A DNA stretch of 64,000 nt from Paramecium tetraurelia (lineage: Eukaryota): the NCBI GenBank assembly GCA_000165425.1, contig CT868033.1, positions 1-64,000 on the forward strand, read 5' to 3'. Of this stretch, positions 53,133 through 64,000 are shown one piece after another. Numbering within the stretch: the stretch's first letter is position 1; every line of letters begins with the position of its first letter. The notes under the pieces are model-generated. The model ran no database searches, was not told the origin of the DNA, and saw only the letters and a list, made by a program, of their open reading frames with translations. Made by a program: the position numbers and the translations under genes.

Positions 53133-54508
53133 TCATCTTTTTAATAAATTTTCTTTTTAAATTTAAAAGCTCTGTTGTTGCATATTCAACACTTAATGTA
53201 TATTGTAGGTTCTATTCAATGGGTTGTATTTATTATTAGAATATCTTTCAAAACTTTAGTCTTTCTTATCAAAGATTTCTAGGATGGTTTCTTTCCATCT
53301 GCTCTTTTGATTTGATCTTTATTGCGAGATTGAGCTTTCTTTAAGTCTACTCTTTTTATCACTTTCGTTCAACTTATTCCAAATTTCATTGGTTCTATCA
53401 TTCTTAACAGGACTGAACTTCTGTTAGAATGTCATCATTTTGGAATCTGAAGTTAATCTCTCTTCTGTCTATTAGGATAGAGATTAGATTCGAATTAGCT
53501 ATCTTTGGGATGACAATAGTAAGGATTTCTATTCATGCACACATATTTTACTATTTACAGAGATTGAGATGGGGCAGTCATAATTTTTTCAATTTCAATT
53601 AAGAATTTGCTCAAATCTTCAGGAAAGCCCTTTAAGTTCTTTAGTTCCTCCTAATACTTAGCCATCAATTAAATTTAAGTTTCCTAGGGAAATTGCAAAT
53701 ACGATTACATATTCATTCTCTTGCTTTTGTATCTCCAACAATTGTTAAGTTTCCAGGGCATTGACTTCATTAATGAGACTATTCTTTTTTTATTCCAAAG
53801 CGAGTATTTACTAATTAAGATGGATAGCATTACTTTTTGAAATTCTTGGCTGATCTCATCCCTTGTGGATTAACATTTCTATTGGAATTGGAATTTCTGA
53901 TCTTGAATGTCTCTGATGGATTCGAATTTGTTCTTAAAACTTTTGTCCAATCTCTCCAAATATAATTGTACTCTTTCATTCAAGGCAGGAGTCATTTCAT
54001 TTTTATTCGCCATTGATTCTTTGATTTTCTTGATATCCTTGACTTCAGGGACTTCCTTGGGTTGGTCGACTTTTTGAAATTATAAGTTGTTTGCAAATTT
54101 ATCTTTGGATTCAAATTTTTAGATCTAAGAATCATTAGCAATATCAGCAACAAAGTTGGCTTTAGATTCCCGAATAGTTTCAGATTATTTTAGATCAAAA
54201 TCGTTCTCCAAATTGTGCTCATCCTAATTCTATTCGATGAGTGGAATGATGATCTCCTTGATCACATATTGAATGGCCTCGATTGTGTCTGGATCAAGGT
54301 GGGTTTCATATTGACATTTGGAACAGATGGCCACTTTCACAATGTCTTGAGACTCTGGGTTCTGCTGTTGAGATTGCAAATAATTGTAGGCCAAACAAAC
54401 GAGACAGAACTTGTGATCACAATCCAATTTGACATAATTGTCAGGAGTTGTTTGACATTAAGAGCAGGCCACTTCGAAGTTCGTGTCGCTGTCTTGTGTT
54501 TCATTCAT
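53133..54508 (-). CDS. RING-finger + coiled-coil protein
   Basis: [19 protein letters not shown], then long coiled coil; introns ~53685-53710 and ~53812-53835; TGA 53133-53135. Confidence 0.75.
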
Positions 54509-54546
54509 TTTTAAATTTAATATATATAAAATGTGAAAGCATTAAC

Positions 54547-54891
54547 TCATAATTTAACATCCCTAATATATTAGCGTAAAAATAATACTCTAAAGTCCTC
54601 ACAAGAACAATGTTTTCTCCCTTCAAAAGGATTTTCCCCAATTCCTTGGTTGCCTTCGTCTTACGGTCGTATTCCACAGCCCTGTCCAACACCAAATTCA
54701 AGTACTCGTCAAAACCCTAAAAAAAGGTAGAAGCTCAACTAAATTACGGCCAATTTGCCTTGAATACGAAGATTGTCATTTTCCACCAGCCAAATCTCCA
54801 GCTGAGTTTTCTCTGTAAACAACGTGAAGAAGGCGTGGAGTGGCTGTGTTATTTTCTTCTATGGCTTCCTTTAATACGGGGGATGTTGCAT
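54547..54891 (-). CDS. SNRPE: Small nuclear ribonucleoprotein Sm E
   Basis: [57 protein letters not shown]; two introns. Confidence 0.9.
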
Positions 54892-54912
54892 ATCTTAATT
54901 TAATTAATTAAA

Positions 54913-56704
54913 ATGGCTTCAGCTTTTCCTAAATTGCCAGGTTTTGTGCCCACCCAAGAATTAGATGTAACACTCCCATTTATCATCATAAGAAACCCAA
55001 CTTCAGGAAGGTCTCAGCTGCCAAACAAGATCAAAACAGAGAAATCGTAACTAAATTGAAATTCTAATCTTTTTTTATAGAAACAACTGCCAAATAAAGA
55101 ATACCCTGTACCTCGCAAATAACCAACACAAGTGCCCTCTCAAACAGGAATGTTCAACCCCGATTATTTAAGCACAACTCACGCCATGCATCTACCAAAG
55201 GTATGTCTTCTAATCAGTTACATCCCCAAGAATTCCAACAATGATTCAGAAGAGCTCTACCAACCAAGTTGGGTCAAGATGGACAGGCACGTTCTCAGAT
55301 TCAGTGGCTTCTTCAAAGAGGCTGTCGTTGAATCAGCCCTAGAAAACTACAGAATTCGCAAACTAACCATATTTTACTACTTGGAAGACCATTCAATCAG
55401 CATTACCGAACCCAAACAGGAAAATAGCGGTGTTCCTTAAGGAGCATTCCTTAAAAGATAGAAAGTAAAAACAGCTCCCCAATCATATTTAAGGTCTTGA
55501 GGGCTGATGGTTCAAAAACATTCATCATACCAGAAGATTTCAGAATCAACTAAGACATCGAGATATTTGGCAAAACAATTCGACTTTATGATTGCGATCA
55601 ATACACAAGAGAATTTTACGAGGTTTCCTTTCTGTGCTAAATTTCTTATAGGGACTTGGACAACCTCAAGAGCAATCCTTCAGTCCTTAGTCAGATTCAT
55701 TTGAAACAAAGACTATGACTAAGTATATTCCCCAAAAGGATACCGTCATGAAGGACTACTTGGAGCATAAATTAGGAGGAGGAAAGGTTACATCTCAAAA
55801 GCAATTCCTAGAAAACGATAGGAAGGTATTAAGATTCATCCCTAATTAAGGTTCTTAAATTCTACGTGTTCTCTGACATTGAATATGTCTTGCATTACTA
55901 TCTGGCTGATGATACCATTGAAATAAAGGAGATTAATTCAGCTAATTCAGGAAGAGTTCCATTTCCCATGATGTTGAGAAGGTAGAAATTACCCAGAAAG
56001 TTCTCTCTCAATCAGCCTGGATAAACATATGCTGAAGATTTCATTAGACCTCAGGATATTCAATTTGGATAACCTTTGATAATTTACAATAGAAAATTTG
56101 CTATCCAAGGTTGCGATCCCTTCACAAGATATTATTATTAAGAAAAATTCAACGTTGATTTTCCTTTGGGTGGCTAAGAAGAATAGTAAATCGAATAAAG
56201 ATCAAGTATTGGTTATTAATTATTTAATTAGACATTATCATTCCTCCTCACAATGGCATTGGGGATGAACAAGATTCTTTAGGATACATTTACAGATTGT
56301 AACCTATTCCACCCAAGAAGGATTTCTTCAAATGGGTTGACAATTAAGTCAATCTGAGATATTTGGCCATGTTCAACACTACAAAACCTGAGGATAAAGA
56401 CAGGTATACTATTAATTTAGCTTTAGAGTTTTTGTCATAACTTATTTTCTAAATGATGATAGTCTTTTAGTTTATGAACCAACTGTTAGAAATTCTGGTA
56501 TGTTTCTAAATCACTAATTTGATAGGCATTCCAGATGGCAAATTCTTGGAGAAAAGAAAATACAAGAACGCTTTTAATAATAATGAGTTTTTCTCGCCCA
56601 AAGATTTAATTGTAGGCAACGAAGTTTAGATCAATGGTTGGAAATTCTAATTACTGGATTGTGATGAGTTCACTAAGAAGTGGTATGCTGATAATTTTAA
56701 ATGA
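54913..56704 (+). CDS. DM10-domain axonemal microtubule inner protein (Rib72/EFHC family)
   Basis: MASAFPKLPG; three DM10 domains (DRHVLRFSGFFKEAV..YYLEDHSISITEP.QENSGVPQG; ENDRKVLKFY..YYLADDTIEI..NSGR; LRYLA..RVFVITYFLNDDSL.VYEP.VRNSG); many introns. Confidence 0.92.
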
Positions 56705-57185
56705 CATTCATCTATATATATTTTAAAATAATAATAACCAAATTAAATATTATGAATTATTTCATTATTGGCTCTTATTAAGTTGAAACCAAAAATATTT
56801 AAATTATTCCCACTATTAATGAATATTAAATCTACATCTCTATAAATGAACTTTTAATCAATTAATTTCCTATAATTCAAAGAGACAAATAATCTTCCAT
56901 CCTGAATTCACTCTCTATATACTCTACCTGGTACATATGGATTTCTAATTAATAAAATTGTTAACAAGATCATTTTCAGCACTTAATTACAAATTAACAT
57001 TTTATATTTGAAATTTGTATTGTTATCTTATTTGAGAATGAAAAAATGCATTTTTATATATAAAATATAATATAATTTAGATAGAATTCCCATTCTTGAA
57101 TATCTTAATATAGTATTAATATTAGAGGCTTATTTAATTGAAATGGATATTGATATAAAAATAATTAAATTGTATTAAATGTAGT

Positions 57186-59891
57186 TCAAAATAACCAACT
57201 TGCATTCATATGAATTATCGCATATAACTCTTAGGCTTCCTAATATTTTCTCTAATCACCTGACCTAGAGCATGAAACTGAATAAAAATATGGAACGAAA
57301 CCTGCAACATGTTTAGGAAGTTTTTTATTTTAAAAACCAATCTCGCCAAAGATTATCACAGATTATATCCATCTTGATGTATACCTTGTTTCGTCTTTCA
57401 AGTTCAAATCCTCAAATTCTGCTATCTAAAATAACTCTGAAAAACCAATTAGGACTTCCTCCTCGTGACTCTATTGATCTTCTGCTTCTTTAAGTGCCTT
57501 TGGTAATTCGTTCCACATTGCTGATTTAAGAGCAATGAAATCCTTGTTTCTGAAGGCATAATCTTCTTCAATTATATAGCAGAGGATTGCGGATAATCTA
57601 CGTTCAATTAAATGGCCTTTTAGAATTGCAGCTGCTTAACTTAAAAAATCTCTTATGTTTGATTAAGAGTTATATTGATGATTACTATTTAAAGTTTCTT
57701 AAAACAATATCGCAAATAAATATAAAGTAAGTTCGGAACTACCCATTTAGTTTAGAAAATCGATCATTTTTCTAAAAGTTTCAGCATATTCTAAACTGCC
57801 TAGCTGGAATTGCAATTAAAATAGGTGATGGGAAAGAGTGAATTGATTATAGATACAATCATTTTCTACTATCTTCATTGCTTTATCTAAATAATGCTTC
57901 GCCTTAATGAATTCTCCTTTATAGACAAGGAATTATGAATAACAATCATAAATAGCCCAATTGAAATAGTATCCTTCGAGATTCTACTCGATAAATTGTA
58001 TAAATTGTTCGATGAATGATTAATATACACAATGATACTACATTATTTCGCAATATGTCCATCCCTATTAAAATATGGCATATTTATCGTAATTCAAATT
58101 CTACATCATATTTATTACGTTTACACCAAATGCTACCCTTTCCTCTCCTTCACATTAGTAAAATATTTTAATATACTTCGAAAAATCTAATTCTACAGTA
58201 TCTTTCTTCTCTTATGAATTGAAATTATGCCTTGGTTGATAAATTTTATTTAACATATTCTTAGATTTGTTCAACCAAATTGAGTCCATAATAATAAACT
58301 TCCATTCAATCATGATCTAAATCATTTCTTTATAATTGATTAAGTATGGTATGATTTCTTCTATAGCTTTTATCCATTGGCCATTCAATCTGCTCTTTAA
58401 ACAAATAAATTTAAGTAGCATTTCGTCATTTTCTAACTCCAGCTCATTTTGAATACTATTAATGGCCTCCTTAGCCTATTCCCATTAGCCAATTATATAA
58501 AGTAATTCTGCCTCCTAGAATTTTAAATTGCAATTAGGCTCTGCCAAAGTAGCTTGATATCCCTGACAAAGCATCAATTAGAGCATCCTCTAACCTTTCT
58601 TCTCTAAGACATCATAGTAGAGGTCATATTCAAACTTAGACAAATCCTCAATTGATATTTCTTCAAATATTTCCTATGCTGATACATTACAAGAATATTT
58701 ATCTACAAAGGAATCCAAAATCATGACTTTTCTTATTATTTCTTAATCGCTAGAATATTCCTATGATATTATATTCAACATACACTACATCCAAAATTTC
58801 ATATCTCCATTATAAGATAAATTTTATGTTGATTGATGTATTTTGTATTACAAACTAAGTTTGAAATTGTTTTCTAAATTCCTTTTTACATCTTCGGTGC
58901 TTGCGATGATGGGTTCTTAAATTAATGTAGTTCGAATGTATTTTTGTTATAAAAAGTATGACTTTATTTGGAAATAATCTTTATTATAAAGTGAATTAAT
59001 CTTCGGATGCACCATTTTCTATTGATCTAATATCTATTATAAAACATTAATATTATCTTGAGGATAAAGTATCTAAAGCATTGACAATTAAAATGCATAG
59101 ATATCTTTTTTGAACAAATTCATTTTAAATATTTTTAAATTATTGTTCAGAGCTCCTCTCACTTATTTTTGCATATAAGCTCTAGTTCCAACAATAGGAT
59201 ACTCACCATATGGGGTAATGTATTAAGTTGAGCATCCAAAATCAGCTAAGACCCAACCATTTTTTTAAGTATTTATGATATTTTCTAATTTAATGTCGTT
59301 GTGAGCAATTTTAAGAGAGTGAATTTTTAAAACACTATCTAAAATACAATCGAACAGATTATTGAATTGAAGCTCTGTAAATTACTTTAATCTCAACTAA
59401 TATTCTTTTAGGTTCCCCAACCCCAGGTCTAGATATGCATATATTCGATAAGCGTTCATATATTGTAGGCTGATAACAATTTTATTTTGTATTTAGATGA
59501 TGCATTCAGGAAAGTGGACAGCAATTCTTTTTTATATTTGAAATTCTTCAGCTAAGATAATAACTTAATCAAAATCGCAATTTACCTGTACCTTCAAGGC
59601 TGCTGGTAAATTATTATTTGGATTTATAGTTGAGTACACAGATCCATAAGCCCCTTAACCTAATAACAACCCATTTTCTATATTCAGATCCAAACATCCG
59701 TTCTTGACATTATGAATTTGTTATTAGTTGTAAGAGAATACATCTGGATACTTTCTTAGTAATTGAAATATAGTTCTCTCTAATAAGAATACATTATTAT
59801 TTAACTAACATCTATTTTCATTTAATTATTGAAAATAATCTATTGTTTGAGTTTGCTCTGATTTTTTTGATTCATTTTATGAATTATTCAT
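57186..59891 (-). CDS. Protein kinase with C-terminal TPR-like helical repeats (~901 aa)
   Basis: LLGQGAYGSVY, AALK, IAHNDIKLENI, LADFG; helical repeats (e.g. AELLYIIGQWEQAKEA, YSQFLVYKGEFIKAKHYL); start and stop in the same frame. Confidence 0.8.
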
Positions 59892-60449
59892 TTTTTAAAT
59901 TTTATTGAAAAAATGTAAAAATTATTTAAACAATCAACAAACATATCTTATGAATGTGTTGAGAACTTTAACTTATTAGTCAAATCCCACTGTTCTTGTC
60001 TTATTGAGATCTAAAGCAAAATAAATATGTTAATTGCCATTTTTTAAAAGTAAAAGAAAAAATTGGTTAATTAAGATTTTCTATATTTAATTATTATATA
60101 TTAAGATACTGAGAAGTGAAAAGTCGATATCGACCACCTTAGAAATATTATGAAAAGAAATCATAAATATCTCTATGATTTCAACATCTTCAATTATAAT
60201 TGGGCAGAGTATTCCAATTTATAATTTAATTCGATAGATTTTTTAAATCTTTAAGAGATAAATCGAATTTACCAGTATCTTTATAAAGTAAGCCTTTTTT
60301 TATTTAAATATTTTATATGATATTTAATTATAATTCATCTAAAATTGGATAACTGAATAAATAATTCTTTAAAATATTTGCGTAATGTAATAATTTAATT
60401 TAATATTTATACTTGAAAATATAAAAACAACAAAATAATTTCAATTTAT

Positions 60450-63304
60450 CTTCATCTCGGGAATAAAATAATAAAATTAAACTCTAATATTAATAACTCT
60501 TTAGATAAATGTGAAGTGCTCCCTGGCTGGATTAATAATTTAAATATAAAAATGTTAAGCAGAAACAAATAAATTAAAATTATCTATTTATACGTAATAT
60601 AATATTGAATTCAGCCTTAAAAATAGAAAATTGCCTCTGCATTTAATCTATCCTATTAGACGAGTAACTTTTGAGTAGAAATAATTTTTAAGGCTTATTC
60701 CATCCATAACTATAAATAATAAATACATTATTACTTGAAGTCCATTTTTCTAAAAATTTTGCAGTGATTAGATATTAGATTCTAAAGATTTAAAATTCAT
60801 AAGTTTTAGAATAATTGAAATTTTGCTCTTGATTTTCAATTTGGTAAATTAATCAATAATATCTTATCTCTTTGATATTAATTTTGCTTAATCTGCAGAA
60901 CCTTTAAGATTTTCTTGTATTTATTTAAAGATGATATCATCTATAATTTTGTTATCTGTGATTACATTGAGAATTTATTATGCAATTTAAATTCCTTAGT
61001 TTATATCTTACCTTTAAATCGATAAATCTATTAAAAAGCAACCCTTCAACAACATAATTTGGAAAATACCCTTGAGGCCCTTAATTAATTGTAAACAATA
61101 ATTTTTTTAAGGTATTTACTGTAATATCAAGAAGAATAGTTGGACATTCTCTTGAAAGTTAGTTTAAGTAAGATCCTTTAGTGGTAATTATTGCAATAAT
61201 GAATTGATCTTAAGAAATTCATCATACAAACTCGCCTATTCCATTTCTATGCTTTGATTTATCAGTTTTGATTAAGCCACAAATTATTCAACATATTCAT
61301 CTATATTTTTAGGTATATACAGTTGATCCTTTATTTAGTATAAATCTTATTTGATAAATGACAAAGTTTATGAGTGCTTATACACATTAGGATGATTTAT
61401 TGATAAAAACAGATCAAAATTACTGAAGATTTCAAACTCTTTGCTTAAGGGATCTATGGATTTGCAAGCTTTTAATGGGCAATTTGAGATTTGTTGAATA
61501 ATCATTGTTTTTCTATTCATAACCTTCTGAAGATCCTAAGTCTTTTGAGATTTGATCTTCTGTTCATCTAGTTATTCTAAGAGTTTTGGAGTAATTTATA
61601 ACTTCGACACTTTCATCCAGGATTCTTATTCATAGATAAGTCCAGACACATTAGATTATGGTCTATTTACTCCTGTAGCATCTTTAATAACCTGGGCATA
61701 CTCAATCTTTGTGACCACAGAGTCATTGCACTTCCACCAAGTTTTATAATCATTCTTGTCTAGAACATAGCAATAATAATGGCCAGATGTAGCGCCACCA
61801 TCATGCATAAGCACTGCTGTTAAGTGATACATATTTTAATCTGATTTTAATAATAGTTTCTTTTCTGATTAAATCTATTCCAATCTATCAGTGAGCAATT
61901 GAATCGATTTCACGAACTTGTTTCTATAATTTTCAAGTTGAAATAGCATTTGTTGACTAGAGATTAATTATTGATTCGAGGTATTCTCATCGCAGATTTA
62001 GAAATCATCAATAATAAGTGGCTAGTCTAATTGGCCTTCTCCTCTTTTAAACAACTTAATTATTTTACTGAAGTTTTCATCAATGTCCTCTTTGGAAGTG
62101 CCGTACCTTCTCAATTCGTCTAAAACCTTCTATTCCTCTATATCAAGTCTCTACAGTTCTTTGCTCATCGATTTAGGATCACTGGCCTTGAATTGATTGA
62201 TATTTAAAGAGGAAGGAAATTCAAATGAGGCATTGTTTTTGCAGGGTAATTTCTATTTGGGATCGTAATAGACTCTGTTGATGTAGAATTACAATATCTT
62301 TGGAGGTTGGAGTATGATTTAATCAACTTTGGCTTTGACCTTCTCTTTTGAATTGGTTTCGTATTCGTCAATGATTAGTATTCTAGAGTTGAGGAATCCT
62401 TTCTCTAAGTCTTTGTCTTGAGCATCGATGCTGATGGATCCAAAAGCGGTTGTGGTGAATTTGATTACTTCTTATTCTTTTTCCTTGTATGTGAGTATTT
62501 CTTTGGATTCTCCATAGAACATTTAGCAAAACTATTTCTTCAATTCCTCATCTCCAATATCTTTGAGGGCTTGTTCAATGGCATCCAAAAAGGCATTTTG
62601 TAATTCATTAAAATCATTCTATACTCCCTTTATCAACATGCCATCAGGCTTGTACTTTTAAAAAGCTTCGAACAATTTGATGGGATTTGTAAATGAGCTG
62701 TTGCTTTCCTACAATTGAACAAATAAATATTATAATTGTAATAGAAAAAGAGCAGCCTTAGTTTGGTTTTGCTTTGAATCTATTGAAAAAATCAATTATC
62801 TAAAAGGAAGTGAATTGAAGAGACTCTGTAACATAGCATTCATGTAGCAAGCTATAAATATATTATTGATGCTGATTACTATTTCCTAGATTCTTCAATC
62901 CGACCGGTACGCTCTTATTTGTTCTATCCTGTTGCTCGATTTGGGGTTATCTAAAACTGGTTATAAATGGTACTAATTTTGATCATCAATTGAAAGTTAG
63001 ATAGCGTGTTTTAAATCCTTTTCTTCTAGATCTTTGAGTTGTTTCTTTAATTGCATCTAGGAATTCATTAGGTCTTCTTCACTAAGGTTTTGGTTCTCTT
63101 CTTGACTTCGAATAGTGAATTCGATTTTTACCTAATTCTAATTAGTTCTTCATGGAATGTTAGGGTGTTGAACCCACACAGTTGCCAAGCCTTCAGTATC
63201 TAGTGTTTCTAAAAACCAAACGAATGGTATTGCCGCATCAGTTAATCAAATGTGGAAGGACTGTGCTTAAAGCTCTTATTTAAATGCTAGTGATTATTTG
63301 ACAT
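60450..63304 (-). CDS. Ubiquitin-specific protease (USP25/28-like, UIM + C19 catalytic domain)
   Basis: UIM-like EEKDLQHAIQLS; Cys box VGLKNLGN|TCYMNAMLQSL; QQNDFNELQNAFLD; His box YHLTAVLMHDGGATSGHYYCY..WWKCND; 3' end uncertain. Confidence 0.88.
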
Positions 63305-63355
63305 TTTGTGTAATTATTTTTTTCTTTAAAATATTAATTAATTAAATAAATCATA

Positions 63356-64000
63356 ATGGACTCATACAATGCAGTGAATGATCTGAATGAAGGAGTTGAA
63401 TATACCTAGAACGTTGAGTATAGATAAGGGCTAAAATCAAACACGTCCGATGGTTCAGCCTAATAAACCCATGAAATATATATGAAAAGAGATTAACAAT
63501 CATTTTCAGTTGATGATGACGACTTTTACTCGCAGTGAAAACCTACTCACTCAAAAAAGAGTGATTGGATCTCTTGATTACTATTTATATCTTTATTTAT
63601 ATGTAAAACAAACAATATTTCGATCAAATTTGATTCAAGTTAAATCTTTTAGAGGATCTATTAGAACTACATATTTATTTAGATATTTTTTAAATTCTTT
63701 CATTTATACTTAAATAAAATATGAAAACTTTATAGATAGTTAAAATTTATAGAAAAAACAGATATCTTTTTGAATAAAGTTGTTGTAATGAGTTTAATGA
63801 TGCCTTTGAACACAAGGTAGATTTAAAAGATATGTAATAAAAGGTATTAAATCAATTATTTTTTGTATTTATTTATTAATGGGTAAATCCAATCTAATTG
63901 ATATGTGTTAATTAAAATTGCATGAAGTGCAAAAAATAAAAATCAATGATTTGAATTAAATATTTGCAAATACAATATATAAATGTTCAATTGACATATA
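63356..64000 (+). CDS. Possible gene start or disrupted gene at window edge
   Basis: MDSYNAVNDLNEGVEY... hits TGA at 63536-63538; coding-like sequence continues in another frame. Confidence 0.25.

Noticed and set aside
60450..63304. The USP as the dedicated protease for the LRGG motif
   Set aside because: About 58 kb away in a housekeeping region; eukaryotic linkage gives no support.

Overview
This is the left end of a ciliate chromosome, almost certainly Paramecium, probably a macronuclear assembly. Evidence: mixed CCCCAA/CCCAAA telomere repeats at about 25-295, very AT-rich DNA, genetic code 6 (TAA/TAG = Gln, TGA the only stop) and 21-31 nt GT..AG introns. The supplied standard-code ORF track is therefore almost entirely fragments or antisense artefacts, and all genes here were re-read by hand in code 6. 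The first ~23 kb is a repeat-protein-rich subtelomeric zone. It holds a ~3,485-aa intronless NACHT-pentapeptide-WD40 (NLR-like) gene with an LRGG|GCCGTKK motif near its N-terminus, a decayed WD40 gene with 126-nt repeats, a TPR gene built from one 102-nt phase-1 exon per repeat (18 introns, one GC-AG), and other decayed coding DNA. After a 149-N gap comes a compact housekeeping region: tetraspanin, Mpv17/PMP22, zinc-finger WD40, a Lon homologue lacking its catalytic dyad, Ariadne RBR ligase, cofilin, pseudokinase, SCP2, AAGAB, Tim44, Myb, two CBM20 paralogues, FtsX-type permease, CWC16/CCDC130, RING protein, SmE, Rib72/EFHC, kinase-TPR and a USP. Best candidate for an under-described system: subtelomeric, repeat-diversifying NLR/TPR receptor-like genes, with a ubiquitin-tail-like cleavage site that would unmask a lipid-anchor motif. 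Coordinates were derived manually and may be off by a few nt where noted.
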